The notes below the pieces were generated by a model that had not been told where the DNA came from, ran no database searches, and saw only the letters and a list, made by a program, of their open reading frames with translations. DNA of 63,975 bases, the filler included, from Chiloscyllium plagiosum (Eukaryota), in NCBI RefSeq assembly GCF_004010195.1. It is 5 parts of one record of this genome, joined end to end, with 100 filler letters (N's around TTAATTAATTAA, not from the genome) between each part and the next. Parts side by side here need not be neighbours in the genome. Positions count along the whole stretch, not along the records: positions 48,864 to 59,396 come from NC_057716.1; positions 59,497 to 63,975 come from NC_057716.1; 3 more parts are not named here. One strand, written 5' to 3'. Shown piece by piece: positions 51,080 through 63,332 of this stretch; position 1 is the stretch's first letter; every line of letters starts with the position of its first letter. Made by a program: the position numbers and the translations under genes.

Positions 51080-54000
51080 TTTTACAGAGATGTGGCTGCA
51101 AGGAATCAGAGCTGGAAAGTAAACGTCCAAGGATATACATCCTCTCAAACCATCAGACAGATGGGCAGAGTGGGGCAAGGTTGCTTCATTAGTAAGAAAT
51201 TAAATCAATAGCAAGAGTGAGACAGAGTCAGAGGTGTAAAATCTGTGTGGATAGTATTAATAATCATAGAACCCCTATAGTGTGGAAGCAGGCCATCCCA
51301 CCCATTGAGTCAACACCAACTCTCTGAACAGTATCTCACCCAGACCCAGCCCTTACCCTATCCATCTAACCCTGTGTAGCCCATGGCTATTCCACCTAGC
51401 CTGCACAACCCTGGGCAGTATGGGCAATTTAGCATGGTCAATCCCCCTAACCTGCACATCTTGGGACTGTAAGAGGAAACCAGAGCACCTGGAGAAAACC
51501 CATGCAGACGTGGGGAGAACGTACAAACCCCACCCAGAGGATAGAATCAAACCCAGGGTCCCTGACCCTGCGAGGCAGCACTGCTAACCACTGTGTCACC
51601 TGTTGTTGAACCACAAAGTAAAAAAGATCATGATAGGAGTTGTTTACAGGCCACCTAGCAGTAGTCAGGATGTTGGGAATAGAAGATACACAGGGCAGCA
51701 CAGTGGCTAGCACTGCTGCCTCAGAGCGCCAGGGACCTGGGTTCGATGCCAGTCTTGGGCAACTGTCTGTGTGGAATTTGCACATTCTCCTAATGTCTGC
51801 GTGGGTTTCCTCCGGGTGCTCCAGTTTGCTCCCACAATCCAAAGACGTGCAGTTCAGGTGAATTGGCCATGCTAAATTATCCATAGTGTGCAGTGATGTG
51901 TAGATTAGAGTAATGGGGCATGGGTTTGGGTGGGATACTCTTCAGAAGGTCGGTATGAACTTGTCGGGCCGAAGGGCCTGTTTCCACACAGTAGAGATTC
52001 AAAAAAAAATTCTAATCATGCATCAAAGGCACTATTACAATAATCATAGGGGACTTCAATATGCAGATGGACTGGGTAAATCAGGTTGGTAGTGTGTTAC
52101 AAGAATTGGACCAGCCTCAGGTGACTGTATGGAGTTTGCACATTCTTCGTGCCTGCATGGGTTTCCTCCCACAGTCCAAAGATGTGCACGTCAGGTGAAT
52201 TGGTCATGCCAAATTGCCCATAGTGTTAAGTGCATTAGTCAGAGGGAAATGGGTCTGGGTGGGTTACTCTTCAGAGAGTCAGTGTGGACTTGTTGGGCTG
52301 AAGGGCCTGTTTCAACACGGATAGGGAATCTAATCTAAACAGAGGCAGAGGGGAGTATAGTGGCCATCACTAAGGTGGTGCTGGGGAAGCTGAAAAGGTC
52401 TGAAGGTGGATAAATCACCTGGATCAGATGGACTACACCCCAGGATTCTGAAGGAGATGGCTTAGGAGACTGTGAATGCATTAGGAGTGATCTCTCAGGA
52501 ATCACTGGAGTCAGAAATAGTGCCAGAGGACTGGAAAATGACTTATGTAACATCCCTGTTTAAAAGAAGGGAGAGGGGCAAAAGAAAGAAACCGTAGGCT
52601 AGCTCGCCTGACCTAGAACTCTAAAATCCTACCAACGACCATTATTAACAGGTCTGAGTCAGCGCGACTTTGTTGGGGAAGGTCATGCCTAACAAGTCGG
52701 TTAGAATTTGTCAAGTGGTAACAAGTAAGTTAGACAAAAGACAGCCATTGAATGTGATCTATTTGGATTTCTAGAAGGCCTTTGACAAGGTGCCACACAG
52801 GAAGCTGCTAAATAAGAATCCATTGCGTTAGGGGCAAGGAAGTGCATGGAAAGAGGATTGGCTGTCTGGCATAATCTAAGAAGTAGAGATAAAGGGTCTT
52901 ATAAAGGCAGCTGCAGACTAGCGGAGTTCGGCAGGGGTCTGTCTTGGGGCCAGGCCATATATTAACAATCTGCACAAAGCATTGTTGCTAAGTTTGCAGA
53001 TGGCACAACAGTTGGAGGTATAGGTAGTGTTGAGGCGGCCGGGAGGCTGCAAAGGACTTGCACAGGCTAGGAGAATGGGCAAAGAAGTGACAGATGGAAT
53101 ACAATATAGGAAGGTGTGTGGTTATGCACTTTGATAGGACGATCAAAGGCAAAGATTGTTTTCCAATAGGGAGAAAAGCCTCAGAAATCCCAAGCACAAA
53201 GCGACTCAGGAGTCTTTGTTCAGAATTCTCTTCAGGTTCGCATGCAGGTTCACTTGGCAGTTAGGAAAACAAATATGATATTAGCATTCATTTCAAGAGG
53301 GATAAAATGCAACAGCAAAGACGTACTGATGAGACTGTATAAGGCTCTGGTTAGATTGCATTTAGAATATTGAGAGCAGTTTCAAGGCCCTTATTTAAGG
53401 AAGGATGTGCTGGTGTTGGAAGGGATTCAGAGGAGGTTGACAAGAATGATCCCAGGGATGAGGGGCTTATTATATGAGGAGAAGTTAGGTTAGATTACTT
53501 AGAGTGTGGAAACAGGCCCTTCGGCCCAACAAGTCCACACCGACCCGCCAAAGCGCAACCCACCCCGCTACATTCCACCCCTTCACCTAAAACTACGGGC
53601 AATTTAGCATGGCCAATTCACCTAACCTGCACATTTTTGGACAGTGGGAGGAAACCGGAGCACCCGGAGGAAACCCACACAGACACGGGGAGAATGTGCA
53701 AACTCCACACAGTCGCCTGAGGCGGGAATTGAACCCGGGTCTCTGGCGCTGTGAGGCAGCAGTGCTAAACACTGTGCCACAGTTGAAGACTCTGGATCCA
53801 TACTTGGAGTTTAAGGACGAGGGGGATCTCATTGAAACTTAAATACAAAGAGACCTGGATAGAGTGGATGTGAAGATTACGTTTCCACTAGTGTGAGAGA
53901 CTGGAACCCAAGGGCACAGCCTGAGACTGAAGGGACAACCCTTTAAAACAGAGATGAGGGAGAATTTCTTTAGCAGGAGGGTGGTGAATCTGTGGAACTC

Positions 54001-54120
54001 ATTACTGCAGAAGTCTGTGGAGGCCAAGTCATTGAGTGTACTTAAAACAGATAGATCAGTTCTTGATTAGCAAGGGAACCAAGGATTCCGAGGAGAAAGC
54101 AGGAGAATGGAGTTGAGAAG
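51080..54120 (+). mobile_element. Decayed CR1-type LINE ORF2 interrupted by four HE1-type SINEs (~51265-51600 -, ~51693-52000 +, ~52115-52337 +, ~53489-53781 -)
   Basis: IIIGDFN, KSPGSDGLHPR, DF.KAFDKVPH and KFADG remnants between recognisable SINE bodies. Confidence 0.82.
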
Positions 54121-54587
54121 GAAGGAAAGACAAAAATCGATTGGCCTGTTGAAGTGATGCTCTGCGCCCATTCCCCAGAACCTGCACACCCACTTTACCA
54201 GAGGAGTATATTCTTAAAATTAATTGACAATTGCTGCTGTTGCAGAACAGTATGACTGTGAACACTTGACCAGTCACAAGGGTGAATGGTTTCTTGAAAC
54301 CACATCAGTCAGAACATTTCACACACTCTGCATCACAGAATATACGACAAGTTAATCAATGTATTGGGGTTCTCAAACATTTTTAAACACTAAATAAATA
54401 CATAAAATGATTCTGTTACATGTTCTGCCAGTTTACAAAGGTGAGCTACTTTTAAAAATAGCTGCCTAACATGGAATTAACTCACAAAATTTCAATCAAG
54501 TAACCTTGAAAGACAAATTAATCTTCATGCACGAGAGATATCTAAAAAGCAAATCCACTGTATATGAATTGAAGTGTACAGGGTTGC

Positions 54588-54609
54588 AACACACACACAC
54601 ACACACACA
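54588..54609. repeat. (AC)n microsatellite
   Basis: About 10 AC units. Confidence 0.9.
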
Positions 54610-54689
54610 TACGTGACGTCAGTTCCAGGCAGTTTTACACTGCAGTGGCCTTAGACTCAACTCAAAATGCACCCTGACTGGAGTCAGTG

Positions 54690-55620
54690 GAGAGAAGTGT
54701 ACAGCAGGTAGTGAAGAAAGCTAATAGCATGCTGGCCTTCATAACAGGAGGGATTGAGTATAGAAGCAAAGAGGTTCTTCTGCAGCTGTACAGGGCCCTG
54801 GTGAGACCACACCTGGAATATTGTGCGCAGTTCTGGTCTCCAAATTTGAGGAAAGACATTCTGGCTATTGAGGGAGTGCAGCGTAGGTTCATGAGGTCAA
54901 TTCCTGGAATGGCGTGACTATCTTATGTTGAAAGATTGGAGCAACTGGGCTTGTATACCCTTGAGTTTAGAAGACTGAGAGGGGGTCTGATTGAGACGTA
55001 TAAGATTATTAAAGGATTGGACNNNNNNNNNNNNNNNNNNNNNNNNNNNNNNNNNNNNNNNNNNNNNNNNNNNNNNNNNNNNNNNNNNNNNNNNNNNNNN
55101 NNNNNNNNNNNNNNNNNNNNNNNNNNNNNNNNNNNNNNNNNNNNNNNNNNNNNNNNNNNNNNNNNNNNNNNNNNNNNNNNNNNNNNNNNNNNNNNNNNNN
55201 NNNNNNNNNNNNNNNNNNNNNNNNNNNNNNNNNNNNNNNNNNNNNNNNNNNNNNNNNNNNNNNNNNNNNNNNNNNNNNNNNNNNNNNNNNNNNNNNNNNN
55301 NNNNNNNNNNNNNNNNNNNNNNNNNNNNNNNNNNNNNNNNNNNNNNNNNNNNNNNNNNNNNNAGGACAGAGATGAGGAGAAACGTCTTCACTCAGAGAGT
55401 GGTGGCTGTGTGGAATGCTCTTCCCCAGAGGGCAGTGGAGGCCCAGTCTCTGGGTTCATTTAAGAAAGAGTTGGGTAGAGCTCTCAAGGATAGTGGAATC
55501 AAGGGTTATGGAGATAAGGCAGGAACAGGATACTGATTGAGGATGATCAGCCATGATCATAATGAATGGTGGTGCAGGCTCGAAGGGCAGAATGGCCTAC
55601 TCCTGCACCTATTGTCTATT
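54690..55620 (+). mobile_element. CR1-type LINE 3' end spanning an N gap (55023-55362)
   Basis: KKANSMLAFI..GIEYRSKEVLLQLYRALVRPHLEYCAQFWSP, FTQRVVAVWNALP. Confidence 0.92.
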
Positions 55621-56181
55621 GAGAGTTTCTTATTCAAATTTGATTAAAATTCAAACTGAATCAATGTTTGATTTTCACAAGCTTATTGTAAATTTGGATT
55701 GGCCTTACATTAAGGCTAACTCATGGAGAATAAATGCACCCTAAAATGACCTGAAATGTAAGGTTGGGTTCCCTCTACACTAACAACTTTTTTTGTCCAT
55801 TTACTTTCCAATTAATGTGCCATGACTGTTTGATACACTGAAGTATCCAACCAGGAGAAATTTCCCCCTCACAAAAGTATTTCATTTCTTTAGAATCAAA
55901 TCAGTCTGACCATTCTGGCACAGACAGCCTCACAGGGAGCTAACACCTTCAAAACCTTATCTGGGCCAACATGACACCAATTGTTAAAGTTCACTTGAGA
56001 ATATAACTTTTAAAAAAAAGTTTTGCAATTTAAATATGAAAGAACTGAAACCGACATGGTCATTCTAAAAGATGAAAGACATAACAAACAATCCAGGTCT
56101 TTTTCAATGTATAATTTCAATTACATCACACTGTAAACTTTTGCTATAAGTTCTGTATCTTACGATTTTATTCTCCACAAC

Positions 56182-56216
56182 CGCCTGATGAAGGAGCAGC
56201 ACTCCGAAAGCTAGTG
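56182..56216 (+). ncRNA. Minimal hammerhead ribozyme motif in a Penelope family A terminus (~55915-56252)
   Basis: cgc-CUGAUGA-A-GGAG-CAGCA-CUCC-GAAAG-CUA-gug. Confidence 0.72.
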
Positions 56217-57535
56217 CTTCCAAATAAACCTAATGTTGTGTGAATTTTAACCTTATATTTGAAGAACATTGGTTTTGTAACATGCTGAGACTGTTGCTGT
56301 GATATGTATAACATTACTTACTCTTGAAAGGTAAGATTTTATAAATTGGGGAGGGGGTGACACAGTGATAATGTCACTGGGTTACTAATCCAGAGCCCTC
56401 TGGCTAAGATTCTAGGGACATGGATTCAAATCTCACCACTGCAGATGGTGAAATCTGTATTTAATTTTAAAAACCTGGAAAAGAAAAGCAAATTTTATGA
56501 CGACCATAATTATTGTCGATTGCTGTAATATGGCATCTGATTGACTCAGGAAATCTGCTAACCTTTCCTGCTTTGGTCAATATGGGACTTCTCACCTGCA
56601 AAGTGGCTGACTCTGGGCAATAAATGCAAGCTTAGCCAGTGATGCTCACATCCCATGAACAAATTTTTAAAAGCTATCATGTAGCAGACTGCACAATGCT
56701 GAATTAACAACCACAGACTTGACAGACTGTCATTCTTGGAGCCCCCTTTTCCCCATGTTCATTTGCACATTTATTTAGCACATATTTCAGCTGATCTTCT
56801 GTAATGATGAGAAACCATATACCACTGGTCTGGTCAGCAAGGCCAAGAGTTATGCAACAGAAGTTTAACATCCAGGTAAAGCATCTCACTATAAAGTGTA
56901 TGAAATAACTTGCCAGACAGGGGAGCAGAAATAGAAGGCAAATACATTTTAACTGTTGTCATGACTCAAAAGGAAAAGGTGAATGGAATTATTTTTACTC
57001 TTCTCCTATCCTCAACAGAAGTGGGTTATAATTTCTGGTCTTGTTTTCCCTTACTTTTTAAAAAAAATGGGCAGTGATGGGTATCCCAAAACCCTGTTTG
57101 TGAAATCTAATTTAAAATTTACCCACAGCAAACTCCTTTCAGAAACAAAAAATCAAAATAGGATTTATTCATAACCTGGGGCAATGGTTCACAACACACT
57201 TTCACATGCACACTCTTCCATGGCACTGTGTCGAGTGGGTCAATGGTAGCCATGGTGGAGAGGTGCCAGTGTTGGACTGGGAGGTGAAACAAAGTCAGAA
57301 GTCACATGACATCAAGTTATAGTCCAACCGGTTTATTTGAAAATCACAAGCTTTCGCAGCGCAGCCCCTTCAGGTGGTGAGAGAGCAGGGTACATAGACC
57401 CAGAGTTGGCAGGCAGAGAGATCAAAAGATCATACAACTCGTGTGAGTGAAGTGTCCGATAATAAGTCTCTGCAGGTGATCAAGTGTGACGGTATGTGAA
57501 GTGTGTATAAAAGTCAAATGTCAGTGATGACATGT

Positions 57536-57583
57536 CGACACGACACGACACGACACGACACGACATGACGACACGACATGACA
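57536..57583. repeat. (CGACA)n pentanucleotide microsatellite
   Basis: Six perfect CGACA units followed by imperfect TGA/TGACA variants. Confidence 0.9.
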
Positions 57584-59221
57584 ATCAGGCAGAGCGATTG
57601 GAATATACAAAATGTGACATCTCAGGTCAGACACTGAATTGTTAGAGTGAGGCTCATTCTGTGTTTGATAGCAGCAATTTTGACTAATCTGTCTAATATG
57701 TTTTTTTTTTAAAATCAGCTACCAAGTATATCTTGACATACACTAGACTTGTTTTTAATCCATTCATGACACTGTCAGGCACTTCTCTTTTTTGCATTTT
57801 CCTGCAGGTTTGGCACCAGCCTGATGAAATAGCTGAGCAAATTAGAAATTCTATTCTGCTGCTTTACTTCAGAATACAGACTTTAAAATAAAAGTCTTCT
57901 AAATATGCCAAATGCTAAATTAAACGTAAACATGCCCGACATACATCTTTAAATCTTGTGACCCATATTTATCTAGCCCGCACTTATTAACGACTCACAA
58001 AATAGAACTTTGCTAGATAAGACAAATAATACAGAAAATGTCTCACATATTCATTTGGAAACAGATTTTACCTTTTGCTAAAGATAGTGATAAAAGTGGC
58101 CTATTAAATGTTCAAATTCCATCCCCTAATTTTAATACCTGGGACTTCCATTGATTAATATGGTTTTAAAAAGCAAAAACACTTCTTTGACATAGCCACA
58201 GCATACAACTACTCACACAGGCTAGACACAGTTCAAAAAACCAACATGGCATAAACTAAATTGTTTGAACTTTTTTTTTCCCAAAAAAAAAGCACTGAAT
58301 CGAATCGATCCAGTTAGAAAAAGCCCCATCTCCTGTTTTGATTTAAACCTGTATAATTTTCACATATTGAAAAAGACAGACAACATCTTCAATTATCAAA
58401 CTCAGAAGCAAAGTCCTCCAACGTTGGAATACGTAAACCAGTTGTATTTCAGAGTTAAAAACAAAGTGCTGGAGAAACTCAGCTGATCAGCAGCATCTGT
58501 GCAGACAGAAACAGAGGAGTCCAAATATTGGAAAATATTGGAGTCCAATTTGACTATTTCAGGAGACTGCTTTTGGCGGTGCCGAGGAGCTGAACTTGTG
58601 ACTGGAACCAGCTGGACAAAGTAGTCTTTTGACATTTTGAGGAGGAAATATGGCCAGTGATAAAGTGATTAAAAAAGATACATCAGAAAACCAAGAGCTC
58701 AAAATGGACAATTTAATATTCACTACTGCTGACAAACATTAATTGAAACCAGTGGTCTCAGGTTAAAAATCTCTGCGCCTCAAGGATTTTTTTTTAAATC
58801 TTACTTTTGTAATGGACATTAATCTTTGTTCATTTTGTGCCTTCTGTATGTATGTTTGCCAACACATCTTTAGTATTGTTCTCACGATAAGCTCCTTACT
58901 GATATTTTAAACTTTAAAAAATGCTGTTTCACCAGGGGAGTTATAGCCTTATGCTTAAAAGAACATAAACATTTTTGCCGTAGCCAAACAAGGAGACTGA
59001 AAACGGAGGAGCTGATTCACCTTACTCACTTGGTTCTTGTGAGCCAGATCTTCTAATAGCAAAAAGAATCACTGCAGCAGTTTAGACACGAATGCCACAT
59101 TGGGATCATGCAGATGTCCTGAGGCAGCTGACTCCTCAGGCGTTTCCCTCGAAATTAAAACCTCTGATGGGCAATTATCTGGCACCTGAAAGCCTCTTAT
59201 AAATGTACAGTTCCGAGTCAA

Positions 59222-59396
59222 AGCTGAAAAATGTGTTGCTGGAAAAGCGCAGGTCAGGCAGCATCCAAGGAGCAGGAGAATCGATGTTTCGGGCATAAGC
59301 CCTTCTTCAGGAACCCGAAACGTCGATTCCCCTGCTCCTTGGATGCTGCCTGACCTGCTGCGCTTTTCCAGCAACACATTTTCAGCTCTGATCTCC
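59222..59396. mobile_element. Penelope family B fold-back insertion, cut by the contig end
   Basis: Arms ~59222-59293 and ~59314-59388. Minus-strand CTGAAGA...GAAAC-ATC core. Confidence 0.85.
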
Positions 59397-59496
59397 NNNN
59401 NNNNNNNNNNNNNNNNNNNNNNNNNNNNNNNNNNNNNNNNTTAATTAATTAANNNNNNNNNNNNNNNNNNNNNNNNNNNNNNNNNNNNNNNNNNNN
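59397..59496. other. Artificial contig linker
   Basis: 44 N + TTAATTAATTAA (59441-59452) + 44 N. Confidence 0.97.
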
Positions 59497-59740
59497 TCAT
59501 GTATGCACCCTCAAATTTCTGTGGCCATTTGCATGTCCAGCAGTTTCTTAAATGTCCCCAATGACCTTGCTTCCACAACTGGCCCCTCATGTTAGCCATT
59601 TCTGCCCTGGGAAATAGTCTCTGGCTATCGACTCTCTCTATGCCTCTCATCATCTTGTATACCTCAATTAGGTCCCCTCTCCTCCTCCTTTTCTCCAATG
59701 AAAAAAATCCGAGCTCAGTCAACCTCTCTTCATAAGATAA
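59497..59740 (-). mobile_element. CR1-type LINE 3' fragment
   Basis: FFSLEKRRRRGDLIEVYKMMRGIERVD. Confidence 0.88.
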
Positions 59741-60744
59741 CTAATTATCTGACCTGCCTCTCATCTTGGCTTTTCTTAAGTTGGAGGCTGTCCCTAACCT
59801 CTTGGTTAACCCTGGAAGGTAGATCCTCCCTTTAGAATTTTTCTTTATAGTGGGTAGGTACAGATTCTCAGTGTTCTGAATAAACTTTTTTATTGACAAA
59901 GACATTCCGCATGAACCTGTAGACATTCCAACGACAGGAAATTGGCCGTTTTCCAAAGGTAACAATGGTAATTGCCCAGCACTTGCGTCTCCTTCGAATA
60001 TTCAACTGCGTTGAAATCCAATAGACGTCGTCCATCATCGCGGGCAGAGTAGTATTTCAAAAGCACTCTCATTTCGCCAGCCACAGAAAACCATGCAGAG
60101 GTCTCTGAGGGACATGCCAAGATATCGAGTACTGTCCCACATACACACAGCATTACTGAACGGACAATCATTCTCAGAGTCTGGACCAGAACGTTTAAAT
60201 CGCGCCACGTACACTTGTACTTCAAGAGCATGTTCCACAGTTTAAACACTTGCTAATATCTAGCAACAATTCACACAACAATAACTATCATACTTTGAAA
60301 TACTGTCCGAGCCGGATTCCCACATTCAACCAATTTGTTTCGATACGTTTCTTTTCCAATATCCAAATGGTTAATAAAATCCGATTAAAATCCCCATCAT
60401 TGAATTAAACTTATTCAAGTAAGCAAAATACGAAATTGAGAATTTACATTTGGTTCAATACAATGCTCTCAAAATATTAGAAGGGATATCTGCCATCGAA
60501 TCTATTGCAATTTTTCTTTGGTAAGTTGTGACAAATGACTGGAACATACAGAACAGCAACAGCTCATTCGACCCAACTCAGCAGGTTGGCGCTGCTTTTC
60601 CACGCGAATGTGTATTATGATAGGCAAATATGGGTTTTAAATTGAAATATTTAAATTAACTGAGAAGCAGGTGGTGTTTTTGTCCTTTATGTCAAGGACT
60701 TTCCCAGGTCCACCAAACTTGACTTGATTCAGTATTTCCTCTGG

Positions 60745-60764
60745 TGACCGTTGACCTTTGACTC
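60745..60764. promoter_or_regulatory. Triple nuclear-receptor half-site array (overlapping DR1)
   Basis: TGACCG-T-TGACCT-T-TGACTC. Confidence 0.4.
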
Positions 60765-61088
60765 CAAAGCCCCCAAATGAAAGGGGGGCTTTTCTTACAA
60801 TCTGTGGGGGCAGGTTTTTTTTGCATTGTCAGCGAGTTTTACTCCTCGAGCAAGAGAATTACTGAGCGCCAAGTTTACTGAGGACAGTAACTCAAAGGTA
60901 AGCACGATAATTTGTCCTCTGATCATTGCACCACTCGTTATTTTCAACAAGATCGGATAAAAACGATGTTTATTTCCTCAGTTTACTGTCCAAAAGATGA
61001 TTGACTGAATCTTGCTGGAAGTTGATGTTGCTCTGTTTGTTAATGTGTTCTGGCTTGCCCATTACAATCGCTGCAAATTTGCTTTCAC

Positions 61089-61103
61089 GGCGCCACCTAG
61101 TGC
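61089..61103 (-). promoter_or_regulatory. CTCF-like motif
   Basis: Minus strand GCACTAGGTGGCGCC, against core consensus CCASYAGRKGGCRS (one mismatch). Confidence 0.6.
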
Positions 61104-61444
61104 ATTATTTGGTGGTTCCGATTCAGGTCTCCCCTTCGCCCGAAGCGGCACGGACATGCAACGCTCCTGCAGCCGAATTGTCACCAAGCCGGCAGCACAG
61201 TCGATAAAGGTCGTACGCGATTAATATCGCCGTTCCTTCATTGTTCCCTAACAGCTACTGTGGGTGTCACTACTGCGGCGGTTCAACTAGCCAACTCAAT
61301 CATCCCCTCCCCAGGACCATTCCCCAGCATAGCCAGGAAATGCCAGCCCAGCCAGCGAAACCCACAAGCCATGAACAAATAAATTAGATCTTTTTTTCAG
61401 TTTCTATGCAGTTAAACTTTAGGCAGAAAACAGGCTGGCAGCAC

Positions 61445-62197
61445 TTCTGTGGGAAGCTAGAGAAGTGATTGCTGGGCCTCTTGCTGAGATATTTGTGTCA
61501 TCCATAGTCACAGGTGAGGTGCCGGAAGACTGGAGGTTGGCAAACGTGGTGCCACTGTTGAAGAAGGGCGGTAAAGACAAGCCAGGGAACTATAGATCAG
61601 TGAGCCTGACCTCAGTGGTGGGCAAGTTGTTGGAGGGAATCATGAAGGACAGGATGTACATATATTTGGAAAGGCAAGGACTAATTAGGGATAGTCAACA
61701 TGGCTTTGTGCATGGGAAATCATGTCTCACAAACTTGATTGAGTTTTTTGAAGAAGTAACAAAGAAGATTGATGAGGGCAGAGCAGTGGATGTGATCTAT
61801 ATGGACTTCAGTAAGGCGTTCGACAAGGTTCCCCACGGGAGACTGATAGCATGGTTAGATCACATGAAATTCAGGGAGAACTAGCCATTTGGTAGAAGAC
61901 AGAGGGTGGTGGTGGAAGGTTGCTTTTCAGACTGGAGGCCTGTGATCAGTGGTGTGCCACAAGGATCGGTGCTAGGTCTATTGCTTTTCATCATTTATAT
62001 AAATGATTTGGATGTGAACCTAGGAAGTATGGTTGGAAAGTTTGCAGATGACACCGAAATTGGAGGTGTAGTGGACAGCGAAGAGGGTTACCTCAGATTA
62101 CAACAGGATCTAGACCAGATCGACCAATGGGCTGAGAAGTGGCAAGTGGAGTTTAATTCAGATAAATGCGAGGTGCTGCATTTTGGGAAAGCAAATC
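61445..62197 (+). mobile_element. Young CR1/HER1-type LINE RT fragment ending at an N gap (62198-62464)
   Basis: [47 protein letters not shown]. Confidence 0.94.
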
Positions 62198-62464
62198 NNN
62201 NNNNNNNNNNNNNNNNNNNNNNNNNNNNNNNNNNNNNNNNNNNNNNNNNNNNNNNNNNNNNNNNNNNNNNNNNNNNNNNNNNNNNNNNNNNNNNNNNNNN
62301 NNNNNNNNNNNNNNNNNNNNNNNNNNNNNNNNNNNNNNNNNNNNNNNNNNNNNNNNNNNNNNNNNNNNNNNNNNNNNNNNNNNNNNNNNNNNNNNNNNNN
62401 NNNNNNNNNNNNNNNNNNNNNNNNNNNNNNNNNNNNNNNNNNNNNNNNNNNNNNNNNNNNNNNN

Positions 62465-62672
62465 CTGGAAGAGCACAGCAATTCAGGCAGCATCCGAGGA
62501 CAGGCAAAATCGACGTTTCGGGCAAAAGCCCTTCATCTTTATTCCTGATGAAGGGCTTTTGCCCGAAACGTTGATTTTGCCTGTCCTCGGATGCTGCCTG
62601 AATTGCTGTGCTCTTCCAGCACCACTGATCCAGAATCTGGTTTCCAGCATCTGCAGTCATTGCTTTTACCTT
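62465..62672. mobile_element. Penelope family B fold-back insertion with intact + strand hammerhead motif (62545-62572)
   Basis: Arms 62465-62537 and 62547-62619. CUGAUGA-A-GGGC-UUUU-GCCC-GAAAC-GUU. Confidence 0.85.
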
Positions 62673-62861
62673 GTTGAGTCTTTCATCTGTTCGAATACCA
62701 TGATAGTTTCACTTCTTTCATGTGTAAATCACAAAACCTTTTTTTAAAAGTTGCATTCCAAAGCATTGTGTCGCAGAATTCTCAATGAAAGCCCAGCTGC
62801 TAGGACTATAAATATTCGTTTTTGATTATATGAAATTCTTAGTGGAATATTTGAATCTTAT

Positions 62862-62953
62862 TTCTGAGGAAGGGTCACTGGATCCGAAATGTTAACTTTG
62901 ATTTCTCCGCACAGATGCTACCAGACCTGCTGGGTTTTTCTAGCAACCTCTGT
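62862..62953 (+). mobile_element. Penelope-derived short repeat (family C) with hammerhead-like core
   Basis: CTGAGGA-A-GGGTC-ACTG-GATCC-GAAAT-GTT. Related copies near 10900-10998, 22945-23157, 26660-26785 and 30790-30920. Confidence 0.65.
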
Positions 62954-63332
62954 TAAAATCTTATCTAACTGGCCTCACATTAAAATCAAGATGGCCTCGA
63001 GGAACCTTAGTGTAACATGATAGATCAGTGTGCTTGTTACAAAGCAAACTTCAATAGGGGGACCATTCAGCCAAAGTCTATGAATTGGAGCGGCTCAGAT
63101 TACGTTCTGGACTGGCGAGTAAAATAACATTTTCACAAACTGTCATGAACACATGATTCACTTTGTGTTGATCTCTAATATGCAAATTTCAATCATCATA
63201 TACTGAATGTAGTTAAGTTGTTTCAGTTTTGTTGGGACTGGAGTATTCTCAATTTTCAGGTGCTAATATGGTTTTGGAAGCATGTCCTTCTTCTTGTCTT
63301 CTGATCCAAGACAGACTGGATCTAAACTCAAT

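Noticed and set aside
59030..59185. 156-bp minus-strand exon-like segment (ttcag|...|gtgagt) with one in-frame TGA, considered as a selenoprotein exon
   Set aside because: No recognisable selenoprotein homology or SECIS, and the other two frames are also closed. At most a non-coding exon.
59890..60249. 119-aa minus-strand ORF in CpG-retaining DNA
   Set aside because: No recognisable domain or convincing splice sites. Cannot be supported without a homology search.
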